Positions 59,018 to 64,000 of a DNA stretch of 64,000 nt are shown here, piece after piece. The stretch lies in the NCBI GenBank assembly GCA_036677065.1, contig JAKFBS010000002.1, positions 888,037-952,036 of the forward strand. The letters are read 5' to 3'. This stretch comes from Bdellovibrio sp. (lineage in GTDB: Bacteria; Bdellovibrionota; Bdellovibrionia; Bdellovibrionales; Bdellovibrionaceae). Under the pieces are notes generated by a model, which ran no database searches, had not been told where the DNA came from, and saw only the letters and a program-made list of their open reading frames with translations. Every line of letters starts with the position of its first letter. Position 1 is the stretch's first letter. Both the position numbers and the translations under genes were made by a program.

Positions 59018-59793
59018 AAAACAATTTGAGAAGACTTCAGACTTTGATGTTCGCAGGTTTAACTTTTTTACTGCCTGTATTTGCTTTTGCTCATGGAATT
59101 TCTGCCGCCGACAAAAAAGCGATGCTTGAAGGTGGTTACCTTAAATATATGTGGCTGGGCACGACTCATATGCTTACAGGTTATGATCATTTATTGTTTA
59201 TATTTGGTGTTATCTTTTTTCTGACAACATTTAAAGACATTGTTAAATTTATCAGCATCTTTACCCTTGGTCATTGCATCACCTTGATCTTTGCGACATT
59301 TTTTAAGATCACTGCTAATTATTATCTTATTGATGCCGTGATTGCTGTCAGCGTGATGTACAAAGGTTTTGAAAACATAGATGGATTTAAAAAACACTTT
59401 CAGTGGGAACCACCAAAACTGCTTCGTATGGTTTTTATTTTCGGTTTAATTCATGGCTTTGGTTTATCGACCAGATTGCAACAGCTGCCATTAGGTAATG
59501 ATGAAATGGCGATGTTACTACGCATTCTTTCATTCAATGTGGGTGTCGAAGTCGGGCAAATTGTTGCCCTTAGCGTAATGCTTATTTTCTTAACTGGCTG
59601 GAGAAAAGCGGTCTCATTTGCTAAATTTTCTTATGCTGCCAATGTGGGTCTTATTGCCGGAGGAATATTTCTTTTCTTTATGCAAATGCATGGCTACTGG
59701 CACACTTCAGATCCAGATGCTTTTCCTTTAAATAAAGATGACCACTCACATATTCACCAGGATATGGAGCAAGAAGAAACTAACCAACATTAA
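59014..59793 (+). CDS. HupE/UreJ-family metal transporter
   Basis: HMLTGYDHLLF, FTLGH, FGLIHGFG, FNVGVE. Confidence 0.85.
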   Translation: MKNNLRRLQTLMFAGLTFLLPVFAFAHGISAADKKAMLEGGYLKYMWLGTTHMLTGYDHLLFIFGVIFFLTTFKDIVKFISIFTLGHCITLIFATFFKITANYYLIDAVIAVSVMYKGFENIDGFKKHFQWEPPKLLRMVFIFGLIHGFGLSTRLQQLPLGNDEMAMLLRILSFNVGVEVGQIVALSVMLIFLTGWRKAVSFAKFSYAANVGLIAGGIFLFFMQMHGYWHTSDPDAFPLNKDDHSHIHQDMEQEETNQH

Positions 59794-59807
59794 AATTAGG
59801 AGTAAAA

Positions 59808-60149
59808 ATGAAAACACTATTAACCCTGATCGCTTTGACAATCCCGATGACAACTTTAGCCCATGGTGATCACGCGCCAAAAGTGGCTACATGCACAAAA
59901 GAATGTACGCAGGAACAAATTGAAAAAGCTGTTCCAACGGCGCTTGATTTTTTAATTAAAGAAGACAGTTTAGATAAAAGCTGGAAATCAGCGAAAGTTG
60001 AAAAAGTAGAAAAAAAACAATTTAAAAAATCTATAGAATGGGTTGCGACACTTGTTGATGAAAAACAAACTGATAAAACCAAGCAAAAGCTTTATGTCTT
60101 TATCACTTTAAAAGGTTATATTAATGGCGCCAACTACACCGGCGAATAA
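59808..60149 (+). CDS. Secreted His-leader protein (DUF6488-like)
   Basis: Signal peptide then AHGDH; LDKSW, EW, LYVF.T..G....ANYTG. Confidence 0.7.
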   Translation: MKTLLTLIALTIPMTTLAHGDHAPKVATCTKECTQEQIEKAVPTALDFLIKEDSLDKSWKSAKVEKVEKKQFKKSIEWVATLVDEKQTDKTKQKLYVFITLKGYINGANYTGE

Positions 60150-61404
60150 GACTCCATTTAAAATTTTGCTGGGCCGGTTCTTAACCCGGTCTGGCGATCA
60201 AGCTTGGGACTTTGCTGTTCCGCTGACATTACTTAAGATATTTCCTGACCAAATCAGAATCGCTGCAGGATATTACTTAGCGGTTAAATTTTTACATGTT
60301 TTACTTATGCCAAGACTAGCATCAGTGATTGATCGCAAGAGTCGAATCCATGTTGCCTATCTGGGAACAATCATGCAGCTAGTTGGTGTCGTGGGTGGCG
60401 CTCTTAGTTTATTTTATGTTGGCCCCAGCAACTTAGTATTTATTTTTGCAGTGTTAGGTTTATCCGGTCTTATTGGATCAATGGGGTCGACTCTGATGAA
60501 TATATCAGTTGGCAACGATCTGGTTCCTGCAGCAATTCCCACGCCGCAGATTACAAAGTTTAATAGCCACATGAGGCAACTTGATCTTTTCACAGAAGTT
60601 TCATCTCCGGTCGTTGCAGGTTTATTACTAATTGTAACTCACCCTTCTATTCCGCTTTTTGGATTCTTGTTAGTGGCCCTGTGGAATGTGGTTTCTTTTA
60701 TTCCAGAGATGTTTATCTTAAAATCTATTTTTAAATCTTCACCAGAATTACTTAAAGAAAAAACGCAAACTTCACCAACAAGTAAACTTTCAATGCTGAC
60801 TAAATTGAAAAATGGGTGGACTGCATTTTTTCGTCAACCGGTTGCTCCTGCTGTAGGCGCGTACGCTCTGTTGTGGCTTTCAGTATTAAGTCCCCATGGC
60901 GTGCTACTGACTGGCTATCTAAAAGATGCCTGGAATATGCCCGAGATTGTCGTCGGTGCATTCAGAGGTCTGGGCGCACTTTTCGGTTTACTTTCGACAG
61001 TGTTATTTCCGATTATAGTTGCAAAATTTGGTTTAATTAAAGGAAGTCGAAGTTTTATTTTATTTCAAACGGCGATGGTCATGACCGCTTTAGTCTTTTT
61101 CTGGATACCAACGCAAATGGGTCAATACGGCTTTTTAATTTTTATTTTATTTTCTCGCGTGGGTCTTTACGGATTTTCATTAGGTGAAATGCAGATTCGC
61201 CAATTAGGAATTGCCGCGCACGAACGCGGCGAAGTAAATGGCTTTGCCGACGCATTAACAGGTGTTGCCACGCTTGCACTTTTTGCTTTTGGTACCCTTT
61301 TGCCTTCAACATCACAATTTAGTATTCTTGTGTCTGGATCTGTTGGCTTCGTTATCTTAGGTGCAATTATTTTTAGTTTATGGAAGGCTCCGAAATTCGA
61401 TTAA
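60124..61404 (+). CDS. Ferroportin (FPN1/SLC40)-like MFS exporter
   Basis: RSGDQAWDFAVP, NS.MRQLDL, SVLSPHG, SRVGLYGF. Confidence 0.75.
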   Translation: MAPTTPANKTPFKILLGRFLTRSGDQAWDFAVPLTLLKIFPDQIRIAAGYYLAVKFLHVLLMPRLASVIDRKSRIHVAYLGTIMQLVGVVGGALSLFYVGPSNLVFIFAVLGLSGLIGSMGSTLMNISVGNDLVPAAIPTPQITKFNSHMRQLDLFTEVSSPVVAGLLLIVTHPSIPLFGFLLVALWNVVSFIPEMFILKSIFKSSPELLKEKTQTSPTSKLSMLTKLKNGWTAFFRQPVAPAVGAYALLWLSVLSPHGVLLTGYLKDAWNMPEIVVGAFRGLGALFGLLSTVLFPIIVAKFGLIKGSRSFILFQTAMVMTALVFFWIPTQMGQYGFLIFILFSRVGLYGFSLGEMQIRQLGIAAHERGEVNGFADALTGVATLALFAFGTLLPSTSQFSILVSGSVGFVILGAIIFSLWKAPKFD

Positions 61405-61474
61405 GCAGATCTTGTTGAATAAATAAATATTAATTTGATTACAGAACTGTTTTGACTCAATCTTAACAATTAAT

Positions 61475-61834
61475 TTGAATGACCTTCTAAATAGATTAAA
61501 ATTAAGTATGTTGGATGAAACCACGAGGCACATAATCATTGCTAAGATTAATGTAATTACTGAAGCTCAGAAGCATACGGTATTGTCCGAAACTTTTTCT
61601 CATTCTGAGATGAAGCTAAAATACCCATTACCCGTGCAATTTTTAAATCAAAAATCTCCGATAATATTTCAGATCGTCTATACCAATGAAATTAGAACAT
61701 ATATTTTTAATGTCTACGGCAATGCAAGCGCTGACTCGCCGATGACAGTTGTGTTTGTTCCCCAATCACTGAATGTTATTCAACAATTTCTGAATGATGT
61801 CGTTTTGAAAAAGAAAACGACTGTGATTGAGTGA
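61475..61834 (+). CDS. Hypothetical protein
   Basis: ORF only. Confidence 0.35.
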   Translation: MNDLLNRLKLSMLDETTRHIIIAKINVITEAQKHTVLSETFSHSEMKLKYPLPVQFLNQKSPIIFQIVYTNEIRTYIFNVYGNASADSPMTVVFVPQSLNVIQQFLNDVVLKKKTTVIE

Positions 61835-61848
61835 TTTAGCTCGAATCA

Positions 61849-62262
61849 CTAATTCTTAATATCCGGCATTTCTGTATCGACTTTACCGTTTTTCAAATCT
61901 TCACGAGCCGAGACGGCCATTCTTTCGTAATTATCACGAATACGATCAATGTCGTCTTCCTCTAACTCTTCTAAATCTAACAATGCATTATGCGCACCTT
62001 GAGTGGCGCGAATTAATTCATCTAACTTAATCTGAATAGCCGCAGTATCGCGGTTTTGCGTGTTCTGAATTAAAAACACCATCAGAAAAGTAATAATTGT
62101 CGTACTCGTATTAATGATTAGCTGCCATGTATCACTGAAGCCAAAAAGCGGGCCTGAAATTATCCAGACTAGAATAATTAAAAGAGCTAACCCAAATGTA
62201 ATTGGTCTTCCCGAAAAATTCGCCGCGACCTTTGAAAATCTGGTGAATAGAGTTTTCTGCAT
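61849..62262 (-). CDS. Low-affinity iron permease (Fet4-like) family protein
   Basis: FSDTWQLIINTSTTIITFLMVFLIQNTQNRD..AIQIKLDELI. Confidence 0.9.
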   Translation of the reverse strand: MQKTLFTRFSKVAANFSGRPITFGLALLIILVWIISGPLFGFSDTWQLIINTSTTIITFLMVFLIQNTQNRDTAAIQIKLDELIRATQGAHNALLDLEELEEDDIDRIRDNYERMAVSAREDLKNGKVDTEMPDIKN

Positions 62263-62349
62263 ATTAATATTTCTAGCAGCTTTCGTACCGCAAACACCAC
62301 GGCATAGTTTCTGCTTTAGCATTACGAATTATTAACCGGAGGTCCTTAA

Positions 62350-63618
62350 ATGCCATCAAAGCCTATTTTCATTATACCATTTGTCTTTTTTTTGTCCTTA
62401 ACCGCTCTGGGAGAAGAAACTTCGCCCCGTTGTTATCAATTCACGTCTGGTAACGTTGAAGCTGTTGAGCATGACCATGGCTCAAACACTCATGTATCAG
62501 ACTCAGAGATTTGGTGCTACCAGCGCGTGACAACCCCGCAACCAGGTTTATTGATCTATAATATCGATAATGGCCGCGCAAAACCTGAATTAACAATACT
62601 GAAAGGCGATGATGGCTACCTTGTGCATGCATCTCTTATGGCTGGCCGAATTACAACTCACAGAGTTAAAACCACAGACTTTAACCCGTTTTCAATTCCG
62701 CTGATAGAACCTGGCATTGCTCAACGCCTGTCACTGAAACCATCTGCAGCAATTATTGAATCTGCAAAAGCAGCTTTTAAATTTCTTTTAAGTACTCCCT
62801 TAAGTTCATCACCGGCAGAAGACACACCGATGACCATCGAGGCTGGCACTTTTAAAGCGCAAGCTACGCATTTACCTTGGCGCGGTTATTGGTTTCCACA
62901 ACGCGGGCAAACAATTTCTGGCCCCCTTAAACGCTACGATCTATTTATCAAAGCAAAAACTGGTAAAAGCCCAGACTCAGCTCGCTATGAACGCAATCAT
63001 CATGGTTGGACCGGAGAAGTTTGGGAAGGCCATTGCAACGGCTGGGCCGCGGCTGCAATTTTAAATGAAGAACCTGTAATACCCAGAACAGATAAAGTTT
63101 CTGGCGTCACTTTTTCTGTACTTGATCAAAAAGCATTACTCTCTGAAAGAGATTTCTGCGTTACCCATACTTTTTTTGGTTCTCGATATAGAGATGCCGG
63201 AGATAACGCGAGCGATATTCGCCCTGCGCTTTTTCACAAAACTTTAGTTTATTATATCGGTAAATTAGGAAAACCAGTGGCGACTGATTATGACCGCAGT
63301 GCAACCGTCAACAATGCTGTTATCTCTAGTTATGATATGACAATTACAAAAACCGGAACCAGAACTTTTAAAGTAAACATGGTGATTGATCTTCACCATT
63401 ACGATAAGACAAAAAGTGAAAACACTGGCGTAGCGCGTATAGAAAGAAAAAAATATAGATATACGATTAAAGTGAACGAACTCGGTGAAATTACCGGTGG
63501 CAACTGGCTTTCTGGCAACCCTGACTTTTTATGGGTGCCCCTAAGCACTTCGCTTTGTCCTAAGAACAATCAAAAATTAGACGTAAAATATATCGAAGAA
63601 ATTCTTAATTTAAAATAA
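62350..63618 (+). CDS. Secreted protein with transglutaminase-elicitor-like catalytic domain
   Basis: PWRGYWFP, PLKRYD, WEGHCNGWAAAAI...EP, VNNAV..Y, G.I.GG.W...NPDFLW. Confidence 0.65.
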   Translation: MPSKPIFIIPFVFFLSLTALGEETSPRCYQFTSGNVEAVEHDHGSNTHVSDSEIWCYQRVTTPQPGLLIYNIDNGRAKPELTILKGDDGYLVHASLMAGRITTHRVKTTDFNPFSIPLIEPGIAQRLSLKPSAAIIESAKAAFKFLLSTPLSSSPAEDTPMTIEAGTFKAQATHLPWRGYWFPQRGQTISGPLKRYDLFIKAKTGKSPDSARYERNHHGWTGEVWEGHCNGWAAAAILNEEPVIPRTDKVSGVTFSVLDQKALLSERDFCVTHTFFGSRYRDAGDNASDIRPALFHKTLVYYIGKLGKPVATDYDRSATVNNAVISSYDMTITKTGTRTFKVNMVIDLHHYDKTKSENTGVARIERKKYRYTIKVNELGEITGGNWLSGNPDFLWVPLSTSLCPKNNQKLDVKYIEEILNLK

Positions 63619-63654
63619 ACATTAAAGAAGCGCTGATTGCACATCTTTACTATG

Positions 63655-63690
63655 ACCCACATCTTTAACGAGATGTGGGTTTTGTTTTTT
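63655..63690. terminator. Intrinsic terminator between convergent genes
   Basis: ACCCACATCT-TTAACG-AGATGTGGGT followed by T-tract. Confidence 0.75.
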
Positions 63691-64000
63691 AAGCCCACAA
63701 CACTTCCCACTCGGATGACGAAAGCCCTTTTAAGCGCTGCGGTTTATATTTTATGAAACCAGAAGCTTCTTTAATATTAAGTTGAATATAGTTTCTAACA
63801 ATCAGATAGGGCTTCCATCCCTGAATCACACGCGTAAAAGGCCTGTACTTCCATAGCTTTACGGATTTTACGGGACGTGCTGGGGTATCGGTCACATTTC
63901 TTGCGGCTAAAAATCCATTATTTTTAAACTGCTGAGCAATTTGTCCCGCCACGACACGCAAAAAATGCTGGCCGTAAGATCTTTTTGAAAAGCGAACTAA
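63689..64000 (-). CDS. IS200/RAYT-like Y1 transposase, C-terminal part (5' beyond window)
   Basis: LVR...FLR..AG.IA...LW..RPFTRVI...V.NYI..N pattern; the HUH motif would lie just outside the window. Confidence 0.45.
   Translation of the reverse strand, partial: LVRFSKRSYGQHFLRVVAGQIAQQFKNNGFLAARNVTDTPARPVKSVKLWKYRPFTRVIQGWKPYLIVRNYIQLNIKEASGFIKYKPQRLKGLSSSEWEVLWA

Noticed and set aside
1378..62632. Numerous 60-115 aa ORFs overlapping longer genes (e.g. 1665-1898, 22462-22788, 51602-51901, 58421-58765)
   Set aside because: Antisense or alternate-frame shadows of well-supported CDSs with no recognisable motifs

Overview
AT-rich bacterial chromosome window. Its gene content (S74-chaperoned trimeric fibre, ferroportin, Ig/LamG lipoprotein) points to a Bdellovibrionota-like predator; this is inference. 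(1) 283-10640: tRNA-Met(CAT) followed by about 10 kb of accreted islets delimited by whole, split and partial copies of a structured ~110-bp tRNA trailer. Cargo includes an ABC exporter inserted exactly inside one copy and a candidate HEPN anti-phage locus. (2) 10.6-26 kb: desaturase/FabR-DesT-like pair, adhesin, NsrR-NnrS-truncated globin, DsbA with a VxrAB-like two-component system, and a persulfide-detox cluster with a Crp regulator. (3) 26-47 kb: two long minus-strand operons (secreted protease, aromatic catabolism, TrhP-like U32 and chorismate mutase-like genes; CBS/USP/HemG/LDH stress genes) next to a bEBP, FAD-PAS-like kinase and phosphorelay. A shared sigma54 promoter plus TGACA-N3-TGTCA site pair with fixed 40/31-bp geometry links these operons and the distant ABC islet into one predicted regulon. 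(4) 47-64 kb: dinB, a 2260-aa mosaic fibre, DapB-like, SulP, an RcnR-type metal/ferroportin operon, a transglutaminase-elicitor-like protein and a truncated IS200/RAYT-like transposase. All calls come from motif recognition by eye; no database searches were run.
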